Assembly (NCBI GenBank): GCA_016699305.1
Contig: CP064970.1
Span: 1,034,066-1,098,065, forward strand
Length of the DNA: 64,000 bases
Origin: Alphaproteobacteria bacterium
GTDB taxonomy: Bacteria; Pseudomonadota; Alphaproteobacteria; GCA-016699305
Reading direction: 5' to 3'
This document shows, one piece after another, positions 17,689 through 28,284 of this stretch. The notes under the pieces are model-generated. The model was not told the origin of the DNA, ran no database searches, and saw only the letters and a list, made by a program, of their open reading frames with translations. A program made the position numbers and the translations under genes. Numbering within the stretch: the first letter of the stretch is position 1; each line of letters opens with the position of its first letter.

Positions 17689-18813
17689 TTAGCTCCGTTT
17701 GCTTTTTACATGGGCACTATTGAGCCAATAGCGGGTGGATTTGCGTTCGCCGGTCCGGATAAGTACCCCTTTTTCGACAAGGTCGCGCAAGTCGCGAGTC
17801 ACAGTCGCACGCGGTGCACCCGTGATTGTAATGTAGTTTTCGGCGCTCAAACCACCCTTGAACCCTTCGATGCCTTCGCGGAAAATGCGGGCGAGGGCTT
17901 TTTCCTGCCTTATGTTCAACGCGCCGCGCACCTTATCATAAAGCTTGGTTTTTTCGATTAGGAAATCGACCGTAGCTTGCGTATAGGCCTGTGCCGTTAG
18001 GATCGTTTTGGAAAAATAGGCTAGCCAATCGTCGATTTGGTTGTCTTTGTTGTTGCGTTCTAATGCATCGTAATAGGCTTTTTTGCGCTGCTGGATGGTA
18101 TGCGAAAGCGCGATCAGCGAAGGCTGCCCCAAAGATTGAGCCAAGGCTTTTTCAGCCAAGCCCCGCGCGATCCGACCATTGCCGTCTTCAAACGGATGGA
18201 TGCAGACGAAATAAAGGTGCGCGATGCCGGCGCGTGTTAAGGCAGACAGCGGCATGGCCCCGCCGGGCGCGGTCTTGTTGAACCAAGAGATGAAGCGCGT
18301 CATCTCCCGCGTCATGGCTTTGGACGGAGGGGCTTCAAAATGAATCTTTGGTTTATAGATCGCACCGGAAACGACCTGCATGGGCTCTTGATGCGTGCGG
18401 TAACGTCCGATGTCTTTCAAATTGGTTCGCCCCGACATGATCCTTGTATGCCAGTCAAAGAGCGTTTCATGCGTCAGGGGATCGGCAAAATGACGATAGA
18501 GGTCGATCATCATATCGGCGATGCCGCGCTCGGCTGGCGGGATTTTCCCTTTGTCCGAATCCAACCCGAAATGCCGCCGAATGGACGAATGCAGGCTCGC
18601 CCGGTCGAGAATCTCGCCTTCGATCTCCGAGGTCTTATAGGCCTCGTCACTCATTAAATCGACCGTCAGGACGGTCTTGTCCGCGTCGCCGATATGTTTA
18701 TAACTGCCTTGCAGGATGCCGGATTGACGCAAGAAGGCCCCTTCCGCTTCCTCAAGCGAGGCTTTGTCGTAGGAGAATTTGGGCCAGTCTTCTTGTTGCC
18801 AATTCCAGATCAT
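17689..18813 (-). CDS. Fic/Doc-family protein (AMPylase-type) with a C-terminal wHTH
   Basis: The Fic motif HPFEDGNGRIARGL is present. Confidence 0.85.
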   Translation of the reverse strand: MIWNWQQEDWPKFSYDKASLEEAEGAFLRQSGILQGSYKHIGDADKTVLTVDLMSDEAYKTSEIEGEILDRASLHSSIRRHFGLDSDKGKIPPAERGIADMMIDLYRHFADPLTHETLFDWHTRIMSGRTNLKDIGRYRTHQEPMQVVSGAIYKPKIHFEAPPSKAMTREMTRFISWFNKTAPGGAMPLSALTRAGIAHLYFVCIHPFEDGNGRIARGLAEKALAQSLGQPSLIALSHTIQQRKKAYYDALERNNKDNQIDDWLAYFSKTILTAQAYTQATVDFLIEKTKLYDKVRGALNIRQEKALARIFREGIEGFKGGLSAENYITITGAPRATVTRDLRDLVEKGVLIRTGERKSTRYWLNSAHVKSKRS

Positions 18814-19017
18814 GAGTTATAAATCCCGTTATTATAGCTCACAATATAGCTTAAATGTGAGCTATAAGTCCAGTTCTTTATGCCTCACGAAAACCCCCTT
18901 GAAGCCATCTTAAAAGAGAAAAAGGGTTTCAAACTGGCAGTATGGATCAAAAACTTATTTGTATATAGATCAGTGGGTTAGAAAATATAGAACAAAACAA
19001 AATCGTTTATAATAGAC

Positions 19018-19986
19018 CTGTTGCGAAAGTCGGTTAATTTTGGGCACAAAGGAATGGCCGATCCCGATGGACAGGGGATCAGAACCCTGAGATGAGATTG
19101 ACGATACCCGCTATGGCGGAGAACTTGGCGGCGTAGGTCGCTTTGGAATAGCGGAAGCGCTCGGCGAAGAGCCGGAAGGACTTGATTTTGGCGAAGACGT
19201 GCTCGACGCGCACGCGAAAACGGCTCAACGCGTGATTGTAGGCGCGTTCGTCTTTCGTCAGTTTGTGCTTTTTCGTTTTCTTGTAGGGGATATCGACGTC
19301 GGGATGATCGCTTTGGATGCCTTGATAGCCGCTGTCGGCGTAAAGGTGAGAACCTTTTGGCAAGGGCGGGCCTCGCCGTCGGAGGGCAAGATCGTGCACG
19401 CGTCCGGGCGCAGGTTTTGACACGCTGACGATTTTCCCTTGCGCCGTGATGACAGCTTCGGTCTTGATCGTGTGACGCTTCTTTTTGCCCGAGTACCAGC
19501 CGCGCTGCTTGCGGCGCGGACGCTGGATCGGTTGCTCCGTGGCATCGACGATCAAAGCCTCGGCTTCCTCGCGGGCCACGCGGATGGACCGCTTCACGCC
19601 AAAAACTGCGGCCACAATCGGCTCGATCCGATGCAAGGCGCGGCTGATCGCCGCTTTGTCCACGCCGTACAAAAGGCCCAGAAAATCCTGCGTGATCGCG
19701 CAACGGTACAGGATCAAAAGCACCAGCAGATGGTCTTCCAACCCGCCGATGCCCCATGGGCGGCCCGTACGGTTCTTCGGCTCAACGACGCGCCGCTGCC
19801 AGCGGGTGCGAAGACGCTCGACCATCTCCAGAAAAAGCGAGGCCTCAACGCCCGTCAGCCGCTGAAATTGCCTCTTGCGCAAAAGCGCAGCACATCTAAA
19901 CTTCGTCATCGGAGAGGCCTCCAACGCCTCTCCAACCTTGAATCATAAGGCTGTTAACAAAGATTCAACGCTGACTTTCGCAACAG
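19018..19986 (-). mobile_element. IS5-family (IS427/IS1031-like) insertion sequence
   Basis: Imperfect terminal inverted repeats share a ctgttgcgaaagtc core, at 19018-19031 and, as the reverse complement, at 19973-19986. They flank a single DDE transposase ORF. Confidence 0.65.
19079..19924 (-). CDS. IS5-family DDE transposase
   Basis: The catalytic region resembles DDE_Tnp_1 (YADSGYQG...RVRVEHVFAKIK). The overlapping minus-strand ORF at 18978..19757 is spurious. Confidence 0.75.
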   Translation of the reverse strand: MEASPMTKFRCAALLRKRQFQRLTGVEASLFLEMVERLRTRWQRRVVEPKNRTGRPWGIGGLEDHLLVLLILYRCAITQDFLGLLYGVDKAAISRALHRIEPIVAAVFGVKRSIRVAREEAEALIVDATEQPIQRPRRKQRGWYSGKKKRHTIKTEAVITAQGKIVSVSKPAPGRVHDLALRRRGPPLPKGSHLYADSGYQGIQSDHPDVDIPYKKTKKHKLTKDERAYNHALSRFRVRVEHVFAKIKSFRLFAERFRYSKATYAAKFSAIAGIVNLISGF

Positions 19987-20516
19987 CTCTAATCAATAAG
20001 ATAATGTGGAGCAAGTTCGCTGCCAAGTATCATCCTCTCCGCCACGCCTATCCAAAATGGATAGGCCGTTTCTGGAACGCGATTGTTCCAACCAATTCAG
20101 AAATCTTCATATATTTCAACGGCAACTGGATCAGAGATTTTGAAACGCATTCTGCATCGCGCACATTTTCCGTGAACCCAGCGTGAACAGAGAGCAGAGA
20201 TTCTCTACAGCAACTGGACTTTCAAAGAAAAGTCCAGTTGCATATCCGCCAAGCACTTACAGCGTTTTTCGTGAAAATAAATGGTAGGGGGATGAGATTC
20301 GAACATAAAGCATTCAAGTGCGTAGTTTGCACCGAAGTCCACGGATTTTCACTGGGGAAGATCGCTGACGACACCGAATTGCTCAAAACTGCAGGCCCAT
20401 TTGAAAGAAGAATCAAAACGCCACTCCGTAAATTTGGGTTTTGTGGATAGTATTGACTGTTTCACTGTATTCGGATACAGTCAGAACACGTTTAATGAAC
20501 CACAGAAGAGAAAGCT

Positions 20517-21416
20517 GTGCTCTATAAAGTTTTGTACTCACGCCGCCGTATTCTGCGAGCAATCCCCTTTTTGCTGGCCATGCCCATCGTCTTCAAGCTG
20601 TCAAAAGCTGTAGCCTCGGAAGACGAAATGGAGCCATTCAAAAAAATCGAAAAGGCTCTTGGAGGACGGATTGGGATAGCTGCCGTCGATACCGCCAACG
20701 GTCAGCGTATTGGCTATCGGGCCGATGAACGTTTTCCCTTGTGCAGCACATTCAAACTCTTATTGGTTGGCGCAGTATTAGCGCGAATTGATTCCGGCAC
20801 AGAAACCCTCGACCGCATGGTCACCTATACACAGAGCGATATATTAGACTACGCTCCTATCACCAAAACGCATTTATCCGAAGGACAGATGTCCATAAAT
20901 GAACTTTGCCAAGCCGCAATCTGTTATAGCGATAATACTGCAGGAAATTTGCTTTTGCAGAGCGTAGGCGGAACGCAAGCACTCAATCGCTACATCCGCA
21001 GTTTGGGAGATAGAATAACGCGCATAGACCGCGCGGAACCATCTATTAATGAGGCGGCCCCAGGAGATATCCGTGATACGACGAGTCCGTTAGCCATGCT
21101 CCAAGACATGGAAACCTTGCTTCTAAAGGATGCACTATCTCAATCGTCCCGAATGCTACTGGTAAATTGGCTGATCGGAAATACAACTGGGGATGCTCGT
21201 TTGCGTGCTGGTACTCCTTCGGCGTGGAAGATTGGCGACAAAACAGGGACAGGCGATCATGGCACGACAAACGATATCGCTGTATTGTGGCCTTCGAACC
21301 GGGATCCTCTGTTGATTGCTGCCTACACAACGGAATCCAATTCTTCTGCTGAGGAGCGTAATGCTGCGTTGGCTCAAATGGGGCAACTTGCGATCACGTT
21401 GTTGCCTGGCGCCTGA
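20517..21416 (+). CDS. Class A beta-lactamase
   Basis: All four class A motifs are present: S70-x-x-K (STFK), SDN (YSDNTAG), the E166 loop (RAEPSINEAAPGD) and KTG (DKTGTG). Confidence 0.85.
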   Translation: MLYKVLYSRRRILRAIPFLLAMPIVFKLSKAVASEDEMEPFKKIEKALGGRIGIAAVDTANGQRIGYRADERFPLCSTFKLLLVGAVLARIDSGTETLDRMVTYTQSDILDYAPITKTHLSEGQMSINELCQAAICYSDNTAGNLLLQSVGGTQALNRYIRSLGDRITRIDRAEPSINEAAPGDIRDTTSPLAMLQDMETLLLKDALSQSSRMLLVNWLIGNTTGDARLRAGTPSAWKIGDKTGTGDHGTTNDIAVLWPSNRDPLLIAAYTTESNSSAEERNAALAQMGQLAITLLPGA

Positions 21417-21556
21417 TACGAGTATCCATTCTCAAAAATACTGTTAAGTTCGAGGACGCTATGCATAAATTCATTAAATCAAGGGATTGTAAAACCGCAC
21501 GAGAGTGATTATTCTTTTTTTTATCAATAGGATAACAAGGAGCACGTTCTCCTCCA

Positions 21557-21777
21557 GTAACGTCCGAACCGCCACCCATCCAAAATGGAGGGGTGTAAGG
21601 CATGTTATCACAGCAATTTCAACAAGTTATAAGTGATTGGAAATTCTGAACCAATAAGGACATTTATCCGAATTGGATTGGATAAAAATTCCTCGAGTCT
21701 GGTTCGAAAAATATGGTTGTTAACGGTTAGAGATGCGAAAACTCTCTACGGAACCCTACTTTTCAGTAGAGAGAAGT
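21557..21777 (+). repeat. ~220-bp repeat, copy 1 (REP-like head + conserved mini-ORF MRKLSTEP.FSVERS + 8-bp-stem hairpin)
   Basis: It is about 88% identical to 24101-24321. It contains the hairpin ctctctac...gtagagag at 21742-21773. Confidence 0.7.
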
Positions 21778-21943
21778 AGGAGCAACTTCGTTAGACACCC
21801 GCTTAGGCGAATGTCTTGGTCCCCCAGAACAGGATGGTGTTGTGTGATTTACCACTTGTTTACCCCCCCCCCCCCATTAAGTATGGTTAACGGGGACGAT
21901 TCGGCACGTCCCATCAAAAAAACGTTCACGGGCGGTGGAACCT

Positions 21944-23914
21944 ATGTTCAATAACTTCGGTATCGGAAAGCGTATCGGTTTCTACATCATTGCATTGATA
22001 GTGGTTGCCTCGGGACTGTTTACTGCCAGCAATATAGTTATTCAGGCAAGACTAAAAGAATCGTCTATTCACGAAACGCTCGATAAAAACTTGACGGCTA
22101 TTGAGATCGCCCTTGACGCAGAGGCAGTACGCGCTGAATCAATGGCCGCAATCGTTGCCGCTTCCCCTCTGGCGATAGAGGCCATGAAACTGTCGGATAG
22201 GGAAAAGCTATATGCAGCCTTCGGGCCTGTATGGAGCAAGACAGAAAAGCCCCTATCGCTTGAAGTGATACATTTTCATAAACCTCCGGCCACTTCCTTT
22301 TTGCGTGTGAATAAAAAGGACAAGTTTGGCGATGATCTTTCTTCTTTTCGCTCCACCGTTGTTGAAACGAATGCAAGCAAGAAAGCCATCAAGGGATTAG
22401 AAAACGGTGTTTCAGGCCTCGGCATTCGTGGAATCGAGCCAATCGCGGATGGTCAAGAGCATCTTGGATCCGTCGAGTTTGGCGTTTCTTTCGGATCAAG
22501 CTTTTTTGAAAAAATCAAAGCGACCTATGGGTGCGATGTTACGTTTTATCTTCAAAACAAGAAAGACAACACGATTAAATCGTTCGCTTCCACGCTTAAG
22601 GGGCAAGGCCTTGCAAGTTCGCAGGATATAAGCGAGGCCATGACAGGCAAGCGTCTTTATTCCACAACTTCTTTGGAAGGGACCGCTGTTGCGGTGCTTG
22701 TTGCGCCGATAAAGGACTATGCCGGAAAGGCCATCGGTGCAATTGAGATTGTTCAGGATATCGGCACGTTTGAGTCCGCTTTCCGCGAAACCATTTACAT
22801 ATCTCTATTTATCAGCATTCTTTTCTTCTTGGCCTCTTTTGCCATGATTGCAGTTATCAACCGTTCGATCGTTAAGCCGATCACCAGCATCACGAATGTC
22901 ATGAATTGTCTGGCCCAGAACGATCTGTCTGTGACCATTCCCTCGATAAAAAGAAAAGATGAAATCGGGCATCTGGTGCAAGCGGCGGAGCGATTTAAAG
23001 AGAGCGTGATAAAAGGAAAGCAACTCGCAGAGGAACAAAAAGCAGAACAGTATAAACAGGGTGCCCGCGCCCAGAAGCTGGAAGAAGAAGTAAAAGCCTT
23101 CCAAAAATCCGTATCGTTGATTGTGTCCGGTGTGGCCTCTGCCGCCGACCAGCTCCACACCACGTCAGAAACCTTGTCGAAGAATGCCACAAATACAAGC
23201 GAGCAAGCGACCTCCGTAGCGGCGGGCGCGGAGCAGGCAAGCGCAAACGTTCAGACGGTAGCTTCATCGGCAGAGGAATTGACGGCATCGATAAGTGAAG
23301 TCAGCAATCACGTAACCGTTGTTCTAAAGGAGGCGGATAAAGCTGTCCAGCAAGCCAACCAAACCAACGAAACAGTAAAAAACCTTTCTCAGGAAGCGGA
23401 GAAAATCGGTTCCGTCATCGAACTTGTGCAACAAATAGCAAGCCAAACAAATCTGTTGGCCTTAAACGCCACAATTGAAGCCGCACGTGCCGGTGAAGCA
23501 GGCAAGGGTTTTGCCGTTGTTGCTTCGGAAGTCAAAAATCTTGCAAATCAGACAGCCAAGGCGACCGAGGAGATTTCTCTTCAAGTGGCAAACATTCAAC
23601 AAATAACGAACGGCACAAGCAAAGACATTGACCAGATAAGCAAGGTCATTTCCAACATAAATGAGTATATGGTTAGCTCGTCCTCTGCAGTTGAGGAACA
23701 GCGCGCTGCAACTCAAGAAATCTCGCGCAGCATAAATGAGGCATCACACGGCACTCAAGACGTTTCCTCAAGTATCGTGAAAATTACGCAAGCTTCATCG
23801 GAGACGGGAACCCTAGCCCAAGAAACTTTAAATGCCGCTAAAAATCTGGCAACACAGTCAGGTGATTTGAAGCAAGAGGTGGAGGCCTTTATTTCGCGCA
23901 TCCAATCAATCTGA
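21944..23914 (+). CDS. Methyl-accepting chemotaxis protein (dCache-like periplasmic domain, HAMP, MCP signalling domain)
   Basis: An N-terminal transmembrane helix is followed by a large periplasmic region, a second transmembrane helix and a HAMP domain. The highly conserved MCP signalling hairpin is present ([31 protein letters not shown]). Confidence 0.85.
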   Translation: MFNNFGIGKRIGFYIIALIVVASGLFTASNIVIQARLKESSIHETLDKNLTAIEIALDAEAVRAESMAAIVAASPLAIEAMKLSDREKLYAAFGPVWSKTEKPLSLEVIHFHKPPATSFLRVNKKDKFGDDLSSFRSTVVETNASKKAIKGLENGVSGLGIRGIEPIADGQEHLGSVEFGVSFGSSFFEKIKATYGCDVTFYLQNKKDNTIKSFASTLKGQGLASSQDISEAMTGKRLYSTTSLEGTAVAVLVAPIKDYAGKAIGAIEIVQDIGTFESAFRETIYISLFISILFFLASFAMIAVINRSIVKPITSITNVMNCLAQNDLSVTIPSIKRKDEIGHLVQAAERFKESVIKGKQLAEEQKAEQYKQGARAQKLEEEVKAFQKSVSLIVSGVASAADQLHTTSETLSKNATNTSEQATSVAAGAEQASANVQTVASSAEELTASISEVSNHVTVVLKEADKAVQQANQTNETVKNLSQEAEKIGSVIELVQQIASQTNLLALNATIEAARAGEAGKGFAVVASEVKNLANQTAKATEEISLQVANIQQITNGTSKDIDQISKVISNINEYMVSSSSAVEEQRAATQEISRSINEASHGTQDVSSSIVKITQASSETGTLAQETLNAAKNLATQSGDLKQEVEAFISRIQSI

Positions 23915-24100
23915 GGGTCGTGAAACCATAATATGGCGCACAAAGAGGTTGCGAAAAGATGTCGATGGATTCCTGCCTAATCTTTATGAAGGGGTTATAA
24001 AACTGGGAGTCGACACGTTAAAATTAACCATCAACGGCTTGCGGAAGAAAATAAAGCTGCTTACAATCAACGAGTTAATTTGGAGCATGTTCGCTGCCAC

Positions 24101-24321
24101 GTAACGTCCGCTCCGCCACCCATCCAAATTGGATGGGTGAAGGTCAAATTATACTAGCAATTTCAACAAGTTATAAGTGATTGAAAATTCTGCCTCAATG
24201 AGGACATTTATCCGAATTGGATTGGATAAAAATTCCTCGAGTCGGGTTCGATAAGTATGGTTATTAACGGTCAGAGATGCGAAAACTCTCTACGGAACCC
24301 GACTTTTCAGTAGAGAGAAGT
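24101..24321 (+). repeat. ~220-bp repeat, copy 2
   Basis: It is a direct repeat of 21557-21777. It carries a second mini-ORF beginning MRKLSTEPDFSVERS. Confidence 0.7.
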
Positions 24322-24565
24322 TCGAACAATTTCGAAACTCAAGCGCTCGGTCAGCAGTCGTTGTGGAGCATGGTGCGTTCTAGAGTAAACAGAGACGTGT
24401 GGGCCATGCATCGTGGCTGGATCGTTCTTGGACGTGATGCGATTAGCAGTCATGGCTCTGGCACATCTGCAGAAAGACAGTAAAAGAATCCAACATCAAC
24501 GACATTGCCATTCACATGATCCGGCGCTATGGTAGTGAGTGGTTACTATCTTATGGGGATCAAAA

Positions 24566-25177
24566 GTGAAAACTCGAACGGAACACCTTTCTGCAGATAA
24601 GCGAAAAGATGCTACGATTCAGGCTGTTTTGACTTTGGCAGGCTCCCAGAATCCCAGCGAAATTACTACAGCGGCGATAGCCGAGCATATGAATGTGACG
24701 CAAGGGGCTCTTTTTCGCCACTTCCCGAACAAAGAGGCTATTTGGGAGACGGTGCTGCATTGGGCCGCAAAAAAACTAATCAACTGCATAGACAAAGCGA
24801 CTATCGAGGATTGCTCTTTTTTGAAAGCGCTGGAGGTTTTGTTTATGAGCCATGTCAAGTTTGCGATGGAACACCCCGGTGTGCCGCGCATGATGTTTGG
24901 CGAACTACAACGTGCCGGATCGACACCTGCTAAATGCGTTGTGCAGAAACTTATCGAGCATTATCGTCATCGGGTTCAGGATATCCTTAAGAAGGGAAAA
25001 AAAGCAGGTGAAATCGACTCGACCCTAGATGTAGAGGCGGCTTCGATCCTGTTTATAGGTACGATACAAGGCTTGGTCATGCAGTCGCTCATTGCGGGAG
25101 ACGTATCACAGATGCAGCGCGAAGCGACAAAAGTTTTCAAGATTTATCGACGCGGAATCAGTAGAGGGATGTCATGA
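24566..25177 (+). CDS. TetR-family transcriptional regulator
   Basis: The N-terminal HTH is ITTAAIAEHMNVTQGALFRHFPNKEAI. A GTG start is assumed at 24566. The track uses a GTG at 24539. Confidence 0.7.
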   Translation: MKTRTEHLSADKRKDATIQAVLTLAGSQNPSEITTAAIAEHMNVTQGALFRHFPNKEAIWETVLHWAAKKLINCIDKATIEDCSFLKALEVLFMSHVKFAMEHPGVPRMMFGELQRAGSTPAKCVVQKLIEHYRHRVQDILKKGKKAGEIDSTLDVEAASILFIGTIQGLVMQSLIAGDVSQMQREATKVFKIYRRGISRGMS

Positions 25178-26325
25178 AACAGCTTGGTTTTCAGCGCCGC
25201 GTGTTTTTTGTAGGTGGCGTGCTTGGCCTACTGCTTATTCTGTTTGTGTACGTTGGCGTGCGCTCTGGGCCTTTAGCTCCTGTTGATGTAACAAGCACGA
25301 CGGTTAAATCACAAAGAATATCCCCTGCAATCTTTGGTATTGGTATTGTTGAGGCGCGTTATACTTATAAAATTGGTCCAACGTCTTCTGGACGGATCAA
25401 AACCCTAGATGTTCATGTCGGTGATTTCGTCAAAGCAGGCCAAATTGTTGGCGAAATGGATCCGATTGATCTTGATGACAAGATCAGAGCTTTAGACTCT
25501 GCTCGTAAGAAAGCCGAGGCGTTAAGAAATGAAGCCGAAGTTCGTCGCGCTTATGCACAAACCCAAGAACAGCGCTATATGAAACTGTCGGCTTCTCGTG
25601 CAACAAGTGACGAGACGTATGTTACAAAAAAGCAAGAGTTACAAATAGCAGAGGCAGCTTTTGTTGCCGCAAACGAAGAACTTGGTCGTACGTATGCGGA
25701 GCATGACGCGCTTCTTGCCCAACGCAATAATCTCAAACTCGTTTCCCCTGCAGATGGAATAGTTGCCCTTCGTGATGCCGATCCGGGGACAACTATTGTC
25801 GCGGGACAGCCTATTATTGAGATTATTGATCCGCAAACCTTATGGATTAACACCCGCCTTGACCAGACGAACACACAAAATTTAACGGAAGGGTTGCCTG
25901 CCGATATTGTCTTGCGTTCTCGAAAAGAACGCCCGCTGAAGGGCCGCGTTTATCGCGTTGAACCGAAGGCGGACTCGGTAACAGAAGAAACCATAGCCAA
26001 AATTGTTTTTCAGGAGATTCCTTCTCCTTTACCACCGACAGGAGAACTTGCGGAAATCACCATTCAATTGCCTGCGCTGGATACTCTACCAGTCATTCCG
26101 AATGCGGCCATTCACCGCGACGAGGGAAAGACGGGCGTTTGGACGTTACAGCAAGGCCGATTGTCTTTTGTTGTTGTTAAACTGGGAGAGTCCGATCTTG
26201 ATGGAAACGTTCAAGTGAAGGAGGGAATTAAGGAGGGGGAAGAAATCGCCGTATATAGCGAGAAGCCTTTGTCCCAGCGCCATAGCATTCGCATCGTTCA
26301 AGAAATTCCTACGGTTCGAAAATGA
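25174..26325 (+). CDS. Efflux membrane-fusion (HlyD/DevB/MacA-type periplasmic adaptor) protein
   Basis: An N-terminal transmembrane anchor is followed by a coiled-coil hairpin and a lipoyl/beta-barrel region. Its stop overlaps the start of the next gene. Confidence 0.75.
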   Translation: MKQLGFQRRVFFVGGVLGLLLILFVYVGVRSGPLAPVDVTSTTVKSQRISPAIFGIGIVEARYTYKIGPTSSGRIKTLDVHVGDFVKAGQIVGEMDPIDLDDKIRALDSARKKAEALRNEAEVRRAYAQTQEQRYMKLSASRATSDETYVTKKQELQIAEAAFVAANEELGRTYAEHDALLAQRNNLKLVSPADGIVALRDADPGTTIVAGQPIIEIIDPQTLWINTRLDQTNTQNLTEGLPADIVLRSRKERPLKGRVYRVEPKADSVTEETIAKIVFQEIPSPLPPTGELAEITIQLPALDTLPVIPNAAIHRDEGKTGVWTLQQGRLSFVVVKLGESDLDGNVQVKEGIKEGEEIAVYSEKPLSQRHSIRIVQEIPTVRK

Positions 26326-27527
26326 TAAGCCTTGCCGGACGGGATATTCTTCATTCGTGGGGTAAGTTTGTTTTTACCGGTATTGGCCTGGGCTTGTTGA
26401 TTGGCGTTACGCTGACTATGGCTGGTGTCTATCGCGGCATGGTTGATGACGGGAAGGCTCTTCTCAATAATAGCGGCGCTGATATGTGGGTCGTGCAAAG
26501 GGGCACGCTTGGACCGTATGCCGAGGCCTCTAATCTAAACGACGATGTTTATCGCACTTTGAGGGCTATGAAGGGCGTTTCTGAGGCTGCGAATGTTACT
26601 TATCTGACGATGCAAGTGCGAAAAGGCGCAAGGGATGTTCGCGCCATGGTCGTTGGAATTGCGACAGGCCATCCAAATGGCACGCTCGGATGGCCCCCTT
26701 ATCTTGTGTCGGGAAGACAAATAACAAGAGGACATTATGAAGCCGTTGCCGATATTGCCACGGGCTTTAATCTTGGGGATCAGATTTCTATACGAAGAAA
26801 CACCTATCAGGTTGTTGGGCTAACGAGGCGGATGGTCTCTTCAAGCGGCGACCCCATGATTTTTGTTCCCCTGAAAGATGCCCAAGAGGCGCAGTTTCTC
26901 AAAGACAACGACGCCATCTGGCAAGGACGTCGCCGCACAGAGAACAATCCCTCTTTTAATCGTCCGAATGTTCCCGATCTGCTCGACGCCGTGATCGCCT
27001 CGCAAAGCACAAACACCTTTGTCAATGCCGTGCTGATAACCGTTAAACAAGGCTACGAGCATCGCGACGTTGCGGAAGCCATTCGCCGTTGGAAACGCTT
27101 GACGGTCTATACGAAAGCAGAGATGGAAGAGATTCTTGTTGGAAAACTTATTGCAACATCAGCCAAACAAATTGCAATGTTTCTTGTTATTCTTGCCGTT
27201 GTCAGCGCCGCGATTGTCGCCTTTATTATTTATACACTGACGATGGACAAGATTCGAGAAATTGCAGTTCTTAAGCTCATAGGCACGCGCAACAGAACCA
27301 TCGCGGCGATGATTCTTCAACAGGCCCTCGCCTTGGGAATAATCGGGTTCGTCGTCGGGAAAATATCGGCAACCTATGCCGCCCCCTATTTTCCAAAATA
27401 TATCTTGTTGGTGCCCATGGATTCCATCGCGGGGTTCTTCGCTGTTATGACTATATGTGTGCTGGCAAGTACGGTGGCGATACGCATAGCCCTTAAAGTT
27501 GATCCTGCCGAAGCGATAGGAGGCTAG
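26322..27527 (+). CDS. ABC transporter permease, FtsX/MacB/DevC family
   Basis: The topology is one transmembrane helix, a large periplasmic domain and three C-terminal transmembrane helices, which is typical of MacB/DevC. Confidence 0.75.
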   Translation: MISLAGRDILHSWGKFVFTGIGLGLLIGVTLTMAGVYRGMVDDGKALLNNSGADMWVVQRGTLGPYAEASNLNDDVYRTLRAMKGVSEAANVTYLTMQVRKGARDVRAMVVGIATGHPNGTLGWPPYLVSGRQITRGHYEAVADIATGFNLGDQISIRRNTYQVVGLTRRMVSSSGDPMIFVPLKDAQEAQFLKDNDAIWQGRRRTENNPSFNRPNVPDLLDAVIASQSTNTFVNAVLITVKQGYEHRDVAEAIRRWKRLTVYTKAEMEEILVGKLIATSAKQIAMFLVILAVVSAAIVAFIIYTLTMDKIREIAVLKLIGTRNRTIAAMILQQALALGIIGFVVGKISATYAAPYFPKYILLVPMDSIAGFFAVMTICVLASTVAIRIALKVDPAEAIGG

Positions 27528-27531
27528 GATC

Positions 27532-28275
27532 ATGAGAACGGGAATCCATATCCAAGGGCTTAAAAAGTGTTATGGACAAGGCGAAACGGCAGTTGACGCC
27601 CTAAAAGGGATAGATATGGAGGTGTCTTCAGGCGAAGTGGTTGGCTTGATTGGCCCCTCTGGTTCAGGAAAAAGCACGCTCCTAAAATGTCTGGGCGCTG
27701 TCATCGATCCAACGGCAGGTCGCATGACGTTAGGTGATGAGGTTATTTATAATGATGGATGGAATGTTAAAGACCTGCGTGCGTTGAGGCGAGATAAGAT
27801 CGGTTTTGTCTTTCAAGCTCCCTATCTTATTCCTTTTCTGGATGTAACGGACAATGTTGCCTTGTTGCCCATGTTGGCTGGTGTTCCAAACAAAGAGGCC
27901 CGACGGCAGGCTCTGGACTTGCTTGTTGCACTCGACATTCAACACAGGGCGAAGGCCATGCCTTCCCAATTATCTGGGGGAGAACAGCAGCGTGTTGCCA
28001 TTGCTCGCGGACTAGTCAATCATCCCCCCGTCATTTTGGCTGATGAGCCTACAGCCCCTTTGGATTCTGAGCGAGCTATGACCGTAATTCGCATCTTAAA
28101 CGACATGGCGCGCCAATTTGATACAGCGGTCATCGTCGTGACACATGACGAGAAAATAATCCCGACTTTCAAGCGCATCTATCGTATACGCGATGGCGCA
28201 ACAGTTGAGGAGGTTGGCGAAGGAAAAAGCTCGGCTCTCTTGCCGCCCTCAACCCTTTTAAACCCAAACCAATGA
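27532..28275 (+). CDS. ABC transporter ATP-binding protein (MacB/DevA-type)
   Basis: Walker A is GPSGSGKST. The ABC signature is LSGGEQQRVAIARGL. Walker B is ILADEPT. Confidence 0.85.
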   Translation: MRTGIHIQGLKKCYGQGETAVDALKGIDMEVSSGEVVGLIGPSGSGKSTLLKCLGAVIDPTAGRMTLGDEVIYNDGWNVKDLRALRRDKIGFVFQAPYLIPFLDVTDNVALLPMLAGVPNKEARRQALDLLVALDIQHRAKAMPSQLSGGEQQRVAIARGLVNHPPVILADEPTAPLDSERAMTVIRILNDMARQFDTAVIVVTHDEKIIPTFKRIYRIRDGATVEEVGEGKSSALLPPSTLLNPNQ

Positions 28276-28284
28276 GGAGAAAAA

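Noticed and set aside
18978-19757. 259-aa minus-strand ORF overlapping the IS5 transposase
   Set aside because: It is an Arg/Pro-rich out-of-frame ORF. The DDE transposase frame (19079..19924) is the real one.
21733-21954. The 73-aa and 68-aa mini-ORFs (21733..21954, 24277..24483) as real protein genes
   Set aside because: Only the first ~15 codons are conserved between the copies. The rest diverges and overlaps the MCP start. More likely this is a leader peptide or a non-coding repeat. It is kept as a finding, not a CDS.
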